Origin: Paraspadella gotoi
Lineage: Eukaryota; Animalia; Chaetognatha
Direction of reading: 5' to 3'
Assembly (NCBI GenBank): GCA_051294375.1
Contig: CM119267.1
Location: 1,974,793 to 2,038,792, forward strand
Length of the DNA: 64,000 nucleotides
Under the pieces are notes generated by a model. It was given only the letters and a program-made list of their open reading frames with translations. It did not search any database and had not been told where the DNA came from. A program made the translations under genes and the position numbers. Shown here one piece after another: positions 46,858-58,811 of this stretch. The stretch's first letter is position 1; each line of letters opens with the position of its first letter.

Positions 46858-48229
46858 TGTTAAAAATTCAAAATTCTTGGCTTTCTCTAATACCAATAAA
46901 CAACGAAAAAGAAAGGATTATCGCATCATATTTTAGATCTAGCTTTTTATGAAGAATCAGAATCTTTAATAAAAATTATAAAAAAATTATTTTGAAAATT
47001 TATTATTTTCTAAGGATATTACTATAAATATAATGTAATTAATGATACTGTTCCCCAAACAATACAAACAAAATATTTTTTGTACTCTTTAATCATACGA
47101 TTTCACATCTAAATATCCTTGTTTGTTCACTCAAATAAAATTGTTCCCAAGTGCTCCACTCTACTGAATAATATTGAAAATAGTAGTTTTTTTTCTAAAT
47201 GCAACGTTTGTTAGCGGAACCTAATATTAAAATCCAGCTAATAATCAAAAGTATTCATATTCCTAAATGTTATCATTGTTTCTCTCTTCAGAAGACAATG
47301 GCTTTGTTATATCCAGCGGTTCCAATTGGGTGACGCCTCTAGCGACGAGGAAGAGAACTGAGGAGGGCAGAATCATCAATTCAAAATTTTAAGTCGGTAG
47401 TACATCAATACAGAAATATTTATGGGTTTCAGGGGAAACCTTTGGTGCAATATCAGTGGGAAACATAAGATATAAGGGTTTTTCTTATTTTGGACTCTCT
47501 TTTTTTCGAGATCCAGAAACTTTGTGACAAATTTCCCTTTTTTTTCAAATCTTAATAAACCTCTGAATATCGAGCATGGATTAAAATCAAATTTACGCTA
47601 AAAATGTTTTACTGTATCTGAGTTTTTGAAAACTTGCTTAGAATATATACGGAATCATGCGGAATCACGAACGTTCAAATTAAATTTAATGATTGATATT
47701 ATAATAAAATATAATATATATTTTTTATATTGGTTGTACCAAATTCATAATAATGCAATTGATGTATTCGGGAATTCTTCAGCAACAGTCCGCAAAATGA
47801 TTGGTAACAATATAATCAGCCGATTGAGTGAGAATCACGATGTTCCTTTGTTTATATTAACAAAAAATCAAGCGGTAACAGTTATATAAATTAATATATA
47901 CGGACATCAGGGACGGACATCATTTTTTTGCATATTTTATCATAATTCGATCTTCCGATATGATAAAAAAATATTTACCGACAAGATTTTGGGGTGGGAC
48001 CGACGGACCGACAAAGTGAATTATAGAGTCGGAATCTGCTGATATGCAGAACCGACTAAAAACCAAACGAGTTCACGTCAAGGTTAATGGCATCAAACCA
48101 AAACTCCTCTTCCTCCTCCTCCTCCTCTTCCTCCTTCTTCTTTGCTTTTTGAAACCTGGACTCCACCAGGACAACAAAAAGAAAGAAAAACAAAAACAAA
48201 AAAAAACAAAAACAAACACGACAGGAAAA

Positions 48230-48260
<31 letters not shown>

Positions 48261-50744
48261 ATTGAGCTTTTCAATAGTCGATTAAACTAGACATTAATCA
48301 ATAGATTTTTAATAAAAAAGAAAAACTAATTTTCTCTCTCTCTCTCTCATTTCCTCTCTTCTCTCTCCCTCCCTCTCTCTCTCTCTCTCTACTTCTCTCT
48401 CTTCCCTCCTCTCTCTCTCCTCCTCTCCTCTCTCCTCTCTCCTCTCTCGGGTTCTTCTGCTCTCTCTCTCTCCTCGTCTCCGTCTTCGCCTTCGTGTTCT
48501 TTTCTTCTCTCTCTGCTCTGTCTTTTTCTCTGCCTCCTTCTTCTCTCCTCCTCTCTCGCTTTCTCCCCTGCTCTCTCCTCTCCTCGTCACGTTCTTCTCC
48601 CTCTCTGTCTCTCTCTAATCCTACCATGCGGTTCAGTACAGTTCCTTAAATCTGTCAGTGAATTGCTTTGAATTGCGCAAAGGAAAGTTCCTTCGGTTCC
48701 GAATCCGGTAGCCACGCCGGTCGTAAAAGGGAGAGCCGCCGAAAGTCTCGTTTCTCGCGTCCACTGCGTCGGAGGGCGCTGCTGCTCGGCCGATTCCTGA
48801 TAAAGGAAAAAACACGACCAGGAGCATCGTTTTTATCTTATTTGATAATCTCCTTCATGAATATAATTAAGCCATTTTTTATATAGGTCTTGTCTTTATT
48901 TTATATTAAAAGAGGCGAAAAGAGAGAGAGAGGAGCACGAGGAGAGAGAAGAGAGAGAGAGAGAGAGGAATAGAGATGAGTAAGAGAGACGAGAGAGAGA
49001 GAGAGAGAAAGAGAGAGAAGAGAACAGAGGAGAGAGGAGAGAGAGAGAAACCCCAATAATTAGAACACTGACAAACAGTTTAACGTTAGCGCATCATGCA
49101 CGTCAATTGTTCGATCTCTTACGACGTCATCGAGGTCACACCTCAAAACCTCAACTATCTTCCGTTCTCGAGCTTCCGCTACTCCGCCTCGCTGCTGCCT
49201 GCTGCCGCCTTGCTCGCCGCCTCGATCCTTCCCTCTTTCCTCGTTGCCAATAACTCGAACTAAATATTTTCTATTTTTAAGCCATCCTACAACACTCATT
49301 TTTAACTATTGTCTTTAATTCTGACTAAAGTCTGTAGTCGGGCACCTTGCTATAAGTTCACCCCGCCTACAACCATTAACAATAACCGTAGTATTCTTCA
49401 GTCTGCCCGGTGGTTCACTTGAGTAATACCATCAGCTCACACACCATTAGGTACCAGGATCGATCCCAATGGCTGTACCTAAACTGAGGCCCAAGCCGTC
49501 ATGGGGCTATGGAAACCTCATTGCCTGACCTGCAGGATCATGGACCCGTTCCTATTTTCGTAGGGGCGGCAAAATTCGTAGTATTCAACCACTTTCGCCG
49601 GCTTGGCGTTCGTAATTTTTTTTTTAAATCCAACATCGAATAACTTAATTTCGCCTCACTCTCTTCCTCACTTCGAATCTTTCAAAAATCTTCCTTTCGC
49701 GGTTCCATTTCCGTTCATCTTTTTCCATCCCTCCGTCGTCTCTTTCAAGCCCCCCTCCCCCTTTCTCCCTCGCCTCCTTCTTCTTCCTCCCTTTCTTCCC
49801 ACTCACTTTCTCCCTCCTCTTCTCCCTCCCTTCTTCTTCCCCTTTCTCTTCCCTTCCCCTTCCCTTCCCTTCCTCTTCTCCTTCCTCGTCCCTTTCGGTT
49901 AAAGAATTCTCCGTCATCCAAGATTTATTTCTGGGATTTATTTTTTCCCCGACATTTACTTCCAATCTGATTTTTAATTCTCCTCCTATACTCTTCCGTT
50001 ACTATTTCCTTTTCTTCTTCCTCCTCCTCTTCCTCCTGCCTATTCCTCCTCCTCTTTTCCTCCTTCCTTCATTCTCTTATTGCCTCTCTTCCTCCTTCTC
50101 GCGATTTCACTTTTTTTTCCTTTTATTTTATTTTTTTGTTTATTTTTTTTTCGCGGCTTTTTATCCTTTTTTTTTCTTTTCCCCCCTTTTTTGTTTTTTT
50201 TTCAATTTCTCTTCTTTCTTATCCTTCATCGAAATTTCCTGGCTGAATCTTGACTTCTCGGCTAAACGCAGAAGACTGGAAAGCAGAGAGGAGGGAAAAA
50301 GGAAAAAAAAAAAGAGAAAAAGGAAAAGGAAAAGGAGTCAAAGAAAAGGAAAGGCGGGAAAAATTAATGGCAGGAGGAAAAAAATGACCTTAAAACAGGA
50401 AAGAAACGAGGAAAAAGGAAAGATGGGAACCATTGAAAGAATGGGAGGGGAGGAGGAGAAAAAAAGGGGAAGAAAAAAGAAAAAGGAACAGAAAGAATAA
50501 AAATTTAAAGTAAAGAAAGAAACAAAGAGAGGGGAAAAAAGTAAAGAAAGACAAAAGAAAAAACGAAATAAAAAGGAGGAAAGGAAAAAAGAAAAAAAAG
50601 GAGGAAACTAATGGAAGGAACAAACAGGAATTAAGAGAAACTTGAAGGAAATGTCTCTCTCTCTCTCTGCTCTCTTCTTCTCTCCTTCTTCTCTCTCTCT
50701 CTCTTTCTCTCGCTCTCTCTCTCTCTCTCTCGGTTTCTCCCTCT

Positions 50745-50791
<47 letters not shown>

Positions 50792-52074
50792 CTTCTCTCT
50801 TCTCCCTCCGTCTCTACTTCTCTCATCTCTCTCTCCCTCCCTGCTCTCCTCTCTCTCTCTCTTCTCTCTTTCACCTCTCCTCTTGGCGGGAATCTTGTGT
50901 CGGGTCGATAGAGGCGTACATGACGAGTCCGCAATGAGACGAGAGATAAAGGCAGAGACCGAGGCTGCGTTCCTGAGCGGTCTCGCGTGCGTGCTGCGCG
51001 GCGGTAGCGGCGGCTGAGCGGCGTCCGGACAGGCGTCCGTCAGGCGGAGAGACGTTCGTCGAGACGCGGACGAAAATTCCGGTCCGACCGGAGGATAAAG
51101 AAGCTGGGAGAAGATCCATGTCTGGCGATTTTAATCACGTTGCCGTCCTGTCAATTCTCGACGAGGCAGGGCGATTGCTGCAGCCTTTCGGTGAACACCG
51201 ATGGACGCAGCCTCGGCTTTAACGCGGCATTGTCAGTGAGGACGCCGGTGCAGCCTCAGGACCACGTCTGGCGGTGCAGCCTAAGCGTGCAGCCTAAGTG
51301 CAGCTAACTTGGGGCTCCGGGCTGCACGCTTCGCGTGAAGCCGCCGTTGCGGCTGTCGGTTTATTGGGCAGCTTCCGCTGCAGCTTCGGTTGTGCACGCT
51401 GTTGGTGCAGCCGCGGCTTGCAGACTTCGGTGCGCCAAATGTCGGTTGCAGCCGGCCGCGTGCAGCTGTCGGTGCACCTCCGGTGCAGCGTCGGTGCAGT
51501 ACGGTAAAACTTTAGAGCGAAAAAGAGGGATTCGTTCATCTCTCTTTGTGTNNNNNNNNNNNNNNNNNNNNNNNNNAAATATTTTTTATTTTTAAGCCAT
51601 CCTACAACAATCATTTTTAATATTCTTAATTCTTAGTAAAGTTGTAGTCGGGCATTGCTATAAGTTCACCCCGCCTACAACCAATTAACCAATAACCGNN
51701 NNNNNNNNNNNNNNNNNNNNNNNNNNNNNNNNNNNNNNNNNNNNNNNNNNNNNNNNNNNNNNNNNNNNNNNNNNNNNNNNNNNNNNNNNNNNNNNNNNNN
51801 NNNNNNNNNNNNNNNNNNNNNNNNNNNNNNNNNNNNNNNNNNNNNNNNNNNNNNNNNNNNNNNNNNNNNNNNNNNNNNNNNNNNNNNNNNNNNNNNNNNN
51901 NNNNNNNNNNNNNNNNNNNNNNNNNNNNNNNNNNNNNNNNNNNNNNNNNNNNNNNNNNNNTTTTTTTTTTAAATCCAAAATGAATAATTAATTTCGCTCA
52001 TCTCTTCTCACTTCGAATCTTTTCAAAATCTTTTCGCGGTTCCATTTCGTTCCATCTTTTTCCATCTCAAGAGA

Positions 52075-52525
52075 GAGATGTCCGAAGGCGCTCTTCATAT
52101 TCCCACCGTCGTTTGCGATGGACTGGTAGGCACAATGGCCGCGGCGAGAAAAAGAATCCACGCAGCAAAAGAATGAAGTAATGTCGGAGTTAAATTTGGA
52201 TATTTCGTATGCAGAGTGAGACGAGGTCTAGGAAGGGTTCCACTGTCTGTTCCATCCGTAAAGTTTCTTCATAGTTCGTCTTCGGGAATTTTAATTCTCG
52301 GCAGTCCTGGTTATATGGGTACGAAATATGTCGGTTGATGTAATAACCAAGCGTCGCGAAGACTGTTTATTTGTTACTTCCCTCCTTCCTTCTCAGTCGA
52401 TCGTGAGGGTCTTCAGTTGGAATATCTTCTACTTCCTTTGGCCTCGTATGATACGTAATTCGGTTGTAGGAGTCTGACGTTTGGACGTTTAGCGGGATAA
52501 AGATGGTAGTAATTTTGTGTCAACC
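52075..52525 (-). pseudogene. Polinton retroviral-like integrase, N-terminal part, truncated
   Basis: Piecewise reading AWLLHQPTY…RIK/FP/RRTMK…QW…DLVSL…YEISKFNSDIT..FAAW/VDSFSRR corresponds to WL..Q.TYTLHKP.R..FPRR……QWQADL..M…SK.N.G..Y.L..IDVFS(K/R). Confidence 0.65.
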
Positions 52526-53599
52526 GATTGATTGTTTCTAGAGGTGCTGATATCATCGGGTTATAGAGATGTATTGCGGTTATTATCTATTTCCTAGTGC
52601 GGCTTCCTCAGCTGTTGGGGTTTTATTTCCTTTCTATTCCTCGCTTGTGTTCTGGATTATTGTTTACCTTTGATTCCATGGCTCATATCGCGTAGTCTGT
52701 CTGTCCACTTTTTGTCAACTGGTTCTCTCGAAAAGAACGACTCTTCCGGGAGTTATGTAACCGGGCAACTCTTTAAATGGCTCGTCGAATGCTGTCTCGT
52801 CTCGGAGCGTCGACACCGCGGATAGGTATAACGTTAAATGGTAACGCGGAATCTGGATTTCGGGACGCCTCGGGGAACGTAAGTCTCGGGGGGCGGTCAA
52901 TTTCCTCTCTTCTCTCGCAAGGCGTCCGTTAAAATTTGTTCGCTTCTATGTTATAAATAAAATCCTTTTCGTTTTTTGGGGTCCTGTTCTAAACTATAGT
53001 TATCAGCAGATCGTTGACGGGGTGGTCAAGCTTTTCCGCTCTAAACGAGATCGTCGACGATCTCTTTGGTTTCTCCGGATAAGCGGTTTCCGTTCACGAT
53101 TATTTTGTATCAGGTTTATGACCAAAATTTGGAAAATTCTGGAGTCTGCGTAATAACCTTAAACCCTTAACCGTATGCTGGGCGCAACGTTTGCGGGATA
53201 TTAATTTCGCCACGTCTCTACTTTGGTTTGATCTGACGGCTGGCGGGGCGCTTGCTGTCGCGCCGACTTCCCGCTTCTCTGGCTTCCCGTGGCGGGGTGC
53301 GGCTCTCTCCGGTTCCGGAGCGAACTCTGTTTCCCCGTTACCGTATCGCTGTGAATCAGGGGTCGGCGAATGATGGGTCTAATGCGTTCCCCAATTTAGT
53401 CCAGTTCTGATTCTCTTCGTTTTATTTTTAGATATTTTATCCTCAATGAATTTTGTTTATATTTTGGCATAATAATTCCGGCTGTCTCCGGGCCGGTAAC
53501 AGTCCCGCTTTTTCGGTTTTAAAAATCTATGTATTGTTCCTGCCTCCGTCAACATGTACATTTTTTGAAGGAATCATGATTATTTTTTTTAAAAGAGAT

Positions 53600-53940
53600 A
53601 TTGACGGAAGAGTGGGAATGAGAGCGGGAGAAGGATTTAATATCAGGCCGCGACCATTTCTGCAGAACCTGTCGTCGAGATTTCGTCGATGGTTCTTGAG
53701 ACAACAAGAATTTTAATAATGTCCTTTTATATACTTCTTTTCAGTGTTCTGATAGGAGATTCGGAGGATGTATCTGAAATGTTGCGCTTCTGCTTATCAT
53801 TAACAATATTTCGGCAATCGGTTTTAATAACGTTTGGGTCTGCCTCCTTGATAAAAAAATTTTTTTGTTAGCGTTGTAGTCTGAATGAGGCAATGTATTC
53901 TAAAATGGGGAAAATATTATCTTTTAATTATTCATTTTCG
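53600..53940 (-). pseudogene. Small basic Polinton conserved ORF (PW-like), frameshifted
   Basis: Piecewise reading FPILEYIAS…FIKEADPNVIKT/IAEILL…KDIIK…SRRQVLQ/NGRGLIL..LPALIP resembles the short ORF that follows the ATPase in Polintons. Confidence 0.55.
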
Positions 53941-53984
53941 TTCTATTTTTTTCTCTTATCGTATTTTTCCCTCCGCTCTATGTA

Positions 53985-54650
53985 GACGATGGGTGGCGGC
54001 GTCGTATCGGACGGGAGGATGTTGGCACGGAGGCGGCAAGAATGGAAACCGCGGAGAAGGAATCGATAATAAAATGTTGGTAAGAGTCCTTACAGGGCGT
54101 AGTCGTAACTGTCCCATAAAAAAAGAATATTGGTCTGGAAACAATTGGTCTGCCTAAGTGGTTATCGCCATTCTGATCCTCATGTTACGGAGTAAGTATA
54201 TTATAGTATGGGTTGTTTCTCGAGAGACTAATGGTGAAATTGGAAGTTTCTGTAGAACAAATCGTGGTAGGCAAAATAGATAAGGCGTGAATCCTGCTGT
54301 GGTGCGATAGATTTTTGTCATTCATTCTCTGAAAGCTTGGGGTCGATGACGCCGATTGGTCGTCCAGCACAAACCACGTGCATTCCTGTCTTCAAGTTCT
54401 CTTGGAAAATAAACCTCTTCGCGAAGCTTCTATGAAAATTGAATATTGTATGTTGCGAGGTTCGTGGAAGACCCTTTCGCAGGTCATAAAAAATAGTAAA
54501 TTATGTAGGGACCATGGTGAGCAGTTTAATCACGCGTGCGATAAATTGTAGACAAACGTCGTTTTTCCCCACCCCGATGCACCGACTATGGCGATATTGG
54601 ACCCGAATGGGATGCGAAGAATCGTAAGAGTCCGTTCCCCTAATCCATTT
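53985..54650 (-). pseudogene. Polinton A32-like DNA-packaging ATPase (frameshifted)
   Basis: LRIPFGSNIAIVGASGWGKTTFVYNL (Walker A, ~54555-54600); VLDDQ (Walker B); SHH; then piecewise TISL…RNMR…LFPDQYSFFM…HFIID, matching the Polinton ATPase C-terminus. Confidence 0.8.
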
Positions 54651-56304
54651 TCGAATTTAATAAATTAAGATTTCTTGTATGTAATGTGGGAGTGGGTCCG
54701 ACAACGTGTTGACCCCGCGGGTCTTGAATTGTCCCTGAACGTCAAATATTTTTTAGTGAATTAATGCTCTCAGTAATTCACCGTAATACCTGACCGTCGT
54801 CTTTGTCTTTTTTGAAATATTGTATAAACAATTTATCCGTTGCTCCGAAATTACTTTTATACCCTCCGATTACCATTTCGCATTTTGGATTTTTTTTCCT
54901 TGTAATGTCAAAATTTCTTTTGCCATCGTTCTGAATTTTAATATTTTTGTCCTGCCTGCGTTATCCACTCGGTTTCGAAAGCAATTGACAGCATTTTATT
55001 TGTACATAGGATAATTCGTTCTTAAATCTTAAATTTTCAATTTTCGAGTAATTTTTTTTAACTCCATGATTATTCGTTGGTAAAATCTGCCTTATGGCTT
55101 CGTCCCTAGCTCGATTAAAATTTTGCGGATCCATATTACCCGTTTTTTTTTTTTTTTGAACGACAATGAAAAAAAATATTTCTAACTGCTGTTGCGAACG
55201 AATTTAAAATTGCGGGCGATGGTCAACGCTTTTATAATTCTTTTTGTATTAACCACGGGCCTTCTGTCGAGTGAAATATAAAACTATTCTGTATTGTTAG
55301 GTTTTTCTATATCCGTAATTAAAAAATGGATAAACGTAAACAATAGTTTGTGAGGTAAATAGCCTGGGGACCGCATGTTGGCGACGCGTCCCTTTTGCGA
55401 CGAAAAGTAAATATTGCCTCTGGGGTAATGAGCTGTCAACGAGTTGACGGAGTTTTGAAAGAATATGCGGGCGCCGCGAGTTTAACCCGTAAAAAGTAGG
55501 AACATTGATGTTGCCAGTTGTTATTTCACGCCCGGGATGGAACAGACGTCGTATATTCTGTCTCTGTCTTCTCTATCTCTCTCTCTCTCTCCTCTCCTCT
55601 TCTCTCTCTCTCTCTCTCTCTCTCTACATAACCTGAAATGTCTGTTCGCGCGGGTGGAATCGCGGGCATCATTTATCTCGCGCGCTATGCGTTTGACCAG
55701 GTCGATTCGTGATTTGCATGTGACCGACGCGCCTCTCGGTGACATAAATGCACCTACTTCCTCTCCTTCTTCTCCCTCCCTTCTTCCTTCCCCCTCCCTT
55801 TCTCCCTCCCTCCCTCTAACTCCCTCCCTCTTCCTTCCCCTCCCCTTTCTCCTCCTCCTTCTTCTCCCCTCCCCTCTTTCCTCCCTCCTTCTATCTCCCC
55901 TCCCCTCTTCCTTCCTCACTCACTTTCTCCCTCCCTCCTTTCCCATCCCTCTTCCTTCCCCACTCTTCTCCCTCCCTTCTTACTTCCCTTCACCGTCCCC
56001 TATTCCTTCCCACTCCCTTTCTCCCTCCCTTCTTCTTCTCACCTCCCTCTTTACCTCCCCACTCCTTTCCCCTTCCTCCTTCTTTCTCCCTCCCCTCTTC
56101 CTTCCACCCCTTCTCTTCCCTTCCCCCTTCCCCCTTCCCCTTTCCCTCTTCNNNNNNNNNNNNNNNNNNNNNNNNNTTCCCTTCCTCGTCCCCTTTCGGT
56201 TAAGATTCTCCGTCATCCAAGATTTATTTCTGGGATTTATTTTCTTCCCCGACATTTAATCTTCCAAATCTAGATTTTTAATTCTCCTCCTATACTCTTC
56301 CATT

Positions 56305-56614
56305 ACAGTGGGGGATATTTTTCATAAAATTGATCGGTAAATTAGTTAGAAACTCTTCAAATGTTTTTATCAAGGAATCTGCAAGGAATAGTTTTCTTAC
56401 TGGAAGGATGAATTCATGTATAAATTCACCTCATGAATTTACCCAGAAATGAATTTAATAGTTTATTTCCCCAATGAATCCATACAGAGGTGTCTCTGAA
56501 AAACAGGAGTGTATTTACAAGTAAATGAGGAGCATGAATTCATAAAATCATGAAATCATGATTTTATTGGTAAGTTCGTGGTAGTCGAATCATAGTCGAA
56601 AATAGCGCTTCACT
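56305..56614. mobile_element. Probable Tc1/mariner-type MITE (TA|CAGTG…CACTA|TA), absent from the twin segment at ~50000
   Basis: Copy A reads CTCTTCCGTTACTATTTCC, whereas copy B has ~310 bp extra at this site with imperfect inverted ends. Confidence 0.55.
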
Positions 56615-57240
56615 ATAAGTGCCTCTTCTTCTTCCTCCTCCTTTCCTCCTGCAATTCCTCCTCCTCTTTCTTCTCCTCTTCATTCTCTTACTCCTCCTCT
56701 TCCTCCTTCTCGATTTCACTTTTTTTTCCTTTTTATTTTTATTTTTTTGTTTATTTTTTTCGCGCCTTTTTTCCTTTTTTTTTCTTTTCCCCCCCTTTTT
56801 TTCCAATTTATTTTTCAATTTTCTTCTTTCCTTAATTTCCTTCATCGAATTCCTGCTGAATCTTGATTCTCGGCTAAAACGCAGAAGACTGGAAGCAGAG
56901 AGGAGGAAAAAGGAAAAAAAGGAGGAAAAAGGAAAGAAAGGAGTCAAAAGAAAAGAAAGGGGGAAAAATGAATGGAAGGAGGAAAAAATGATAAAATAGG
57001 AAAGAAACGAGGAAAAAGGAAAAGAGGAAACATGAAAGAAGGGAGAAAAAGGGGAAGAAAAGAAGAAAAAGGAAAGAAAGAATAAAAAATTAAAAAGTAA
57101 AGAAAGAAAAAAGAGAGGGAAAAAAGTAAAGAAAAGAAAAAAGAATAAAAAGAGAGGAAAGGAAAAAAAGAAAAAAAGGAGGAAACTAATGGAAGGACAA
57201 ACCAGGAATTAAAAGGAGAAATTTGAGGAGGAAATCGTCT

Positions 57241-57293
<53 letters not shown>

Positions 57294-57654
57294 ACCTCTC
57301 CCTCTTGGCGGCGAATCTTGTGTCGGGTCGATAGAAGGCGTACATGACGAGTCCGCCAATGAGACCGAGAAGATAAAGGCAGAGACCGAGGCTGCGTTCC
57401 TGAGCGGTCTCGCGGTGGCGTGCTGCTGCGGCGGTAGCGGCGGCTGAGGCGGCGTCCGGACAGGCGTCCGTACAGGCGGAGAGACGTTCGTCGGGCGGAC
57501 GAAATTCCGGTCCGAACCAGAGGGGATAAAGAAGCTCAGGGAGAAGATCCATGTCTGGCGATTTTAATCAACGTTGCAGTCGTCAATTCAGACGGAGGTT
57601 CAGGCGATGCTGCAGCTTTTCGGTGAAACCGATGACGCAGCCGTCGGTTTAACC

Positions 57655-57917
57655 GCCGGTGCAGTTGTCAGTGAAGACGCCGGTGCAGCCTCAGGACCAG
57701 CTGGCGGTGCAGCCTAAGGTGCAGCCTAAGGTGCAGCTAACTTTGGGGCCTCCGGTGCAGCTGTCGGTGCAGCCGCCGGTGCAGCTGTCGGTGCAGCTTC
57801 CGGTGCAGCTGTCGGTGCAGCTGTTGGTGCAGCCGCCGGTGCAGACTTCGGTGCAAATGTCGGTGCAGCCGCCGGTGCAGCTGTCGGTGCAGCCTCCGGT
57901 GCAGCTGTCGGTGCAGT
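57655..57917. repeat. 12-bp GC-rich minisatellite (GGTGCAGCTGTC / GGTGCAGCCGCC); degraded twin at 51245-51500
   Basis: Directly visible tandem units. Confidence 0.85.
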
Positions 57918-58192
57918 CCAGAGTTAAAACTTTAGAGCGACAAAAGAGAATTCGTTCTGAGGAAATTAAATTTTCTTATCTCATTTTTTTTAGGATTTTT
58001 TTTGCTTTTAATTTGTTTTTTTTTTCCTGTTTTTTTTTAGATAAAATCAGTTTTCTCTCTGTATTTTTTTCTTCTTTTTTATGAAATATTATTTGTTGAA
58101 TTTCGATTCATTTTTTGTGCTAAAAAATCAGAACAATAAATAAAATTGAGTTGCGCAATTTAAAAGTTTTCAGATTTTAGTATAAAGAGCAG

Positions 58193-58235
<43 letters not shown>

Positions 58236-58734
58236 ATAATTTGAACGGAGAAAAATATTTTTTCATCTCACGTGAACTCATGCGTTGTGTGTGTGAGAGA
58301 GAGAGAGTGAGAGAGTGAGAGAGTGAGAGAGAGAGAGAGTGAGAGAGAGAGAGAGAGTGAACCCGTTCGCTCTCAACTTCGTGTTCATTCGGATGTTTTT
58401 CAGTTTTTATGCAGATTTTATTTTAGTCCTCAAATTCGAACGAAAAAGTCGTGGGCGAATTTAACTTTAAATGTTTCGTTCAATATATATTATAATTTAG
58501 ATATATATATTTATATATATATATTTATAATCCTCTCGGGTCATTTTATTTTCCTTTTTTTGTTTGCTTTTTTTTCTCTTTTTCATTTATTTACTTGTCT
58601 CCTTCTTTTCTTTCTTCCTTCTCTCCCTCTCTATTATTCTGTTTTTCTTTCTATTGGAAAAGATAGAAGGTAAATAGGTAGATATCGGGAAAGATCGGTA
58701 AAGATAAAGAGAAAACATCGCTTCTTCTTTCGAC

Positions 58735-58811
58735 TGACCAGTGACCACTGACCACTGGCCACTGACCACTGACCACTGACCACTGGCCACTGACCACTGA
58801 CCACTGGCCAC
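58735..58811. repeat. 7-bp tandem repeat (TGACCAC/TGGCCAC)
   Basis: Directly visible. Confidence 0.9.

Larger units (their letters stand above)
43387..47163. mobile_element. hAT-like foldback element with long inverted arms and 8-bp TSD CTGAATAA
   Basis: ctgaataa|TAGGGTGGAG at 43387 and CTCCACTCTA|ctgaataa at 47163. Arm 43387-43885 is inverted against 45232-45303 + 46862-47163. The sister copy shows the empty site (AACAACTGAACAATAGTGG on - strand, ~45348-45367). Confidence 0.8.
42777..47221. mobile_element. Non-autonomous DNA transposon, outer copy (GGTTCCGC…GCGGAACC termini, 4-bp TSD TAAT)
   Basis: taat|GGTTCCGCATAC at 42777 and TAGCGGAACC|taat at 47221. Internal sequence is homologous, in inverted orientation, to 45304-46857. 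Confidence 0.8.
52070..55560 (-). mobile_element. Polinton/Maverick (adintovirus-like) internal fragment, indel-rich
   Basis: Co-oriented, microsatellite-free, gene-dense block containing remnants of the packaging ATPase, the small basic conserved ORF and the integrase. No terminal inverted repeats seen. Confidence 0.8.
48633..57552 (-). other. Unknown multi-exon gene, probably a membrane protein, present as two overlapping copies (49260-51530 vs 51577-57940)
   Basis: Exon-like GC-rich blocks: MDLLPELLYPLWFGPEF…ERSLGLCLYLLGLIGGLVMYAFYRPDTRF (57552-~57300, TM-like; degraded twin at 50880-51119), plus 56830-56895, 56170-56270, 49060-49260 and 48633-48797. No homology recognised and exon order is unverified. 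Confidence 0.4.

Noticed and set aside
54700-54810. Possible Polinton DNA polymerase B C-terminus (TV.GITVNY-like)
   Set aside because: The match is short and frame-broken, and no YxDTDS or KxY motif was found upstream.
55630-55760. Exon-like block FMSPRGASVTCKSRIDLVKRI (faintly MBD-like)
   Set aside because: Too short and too divergent to support a domain call.
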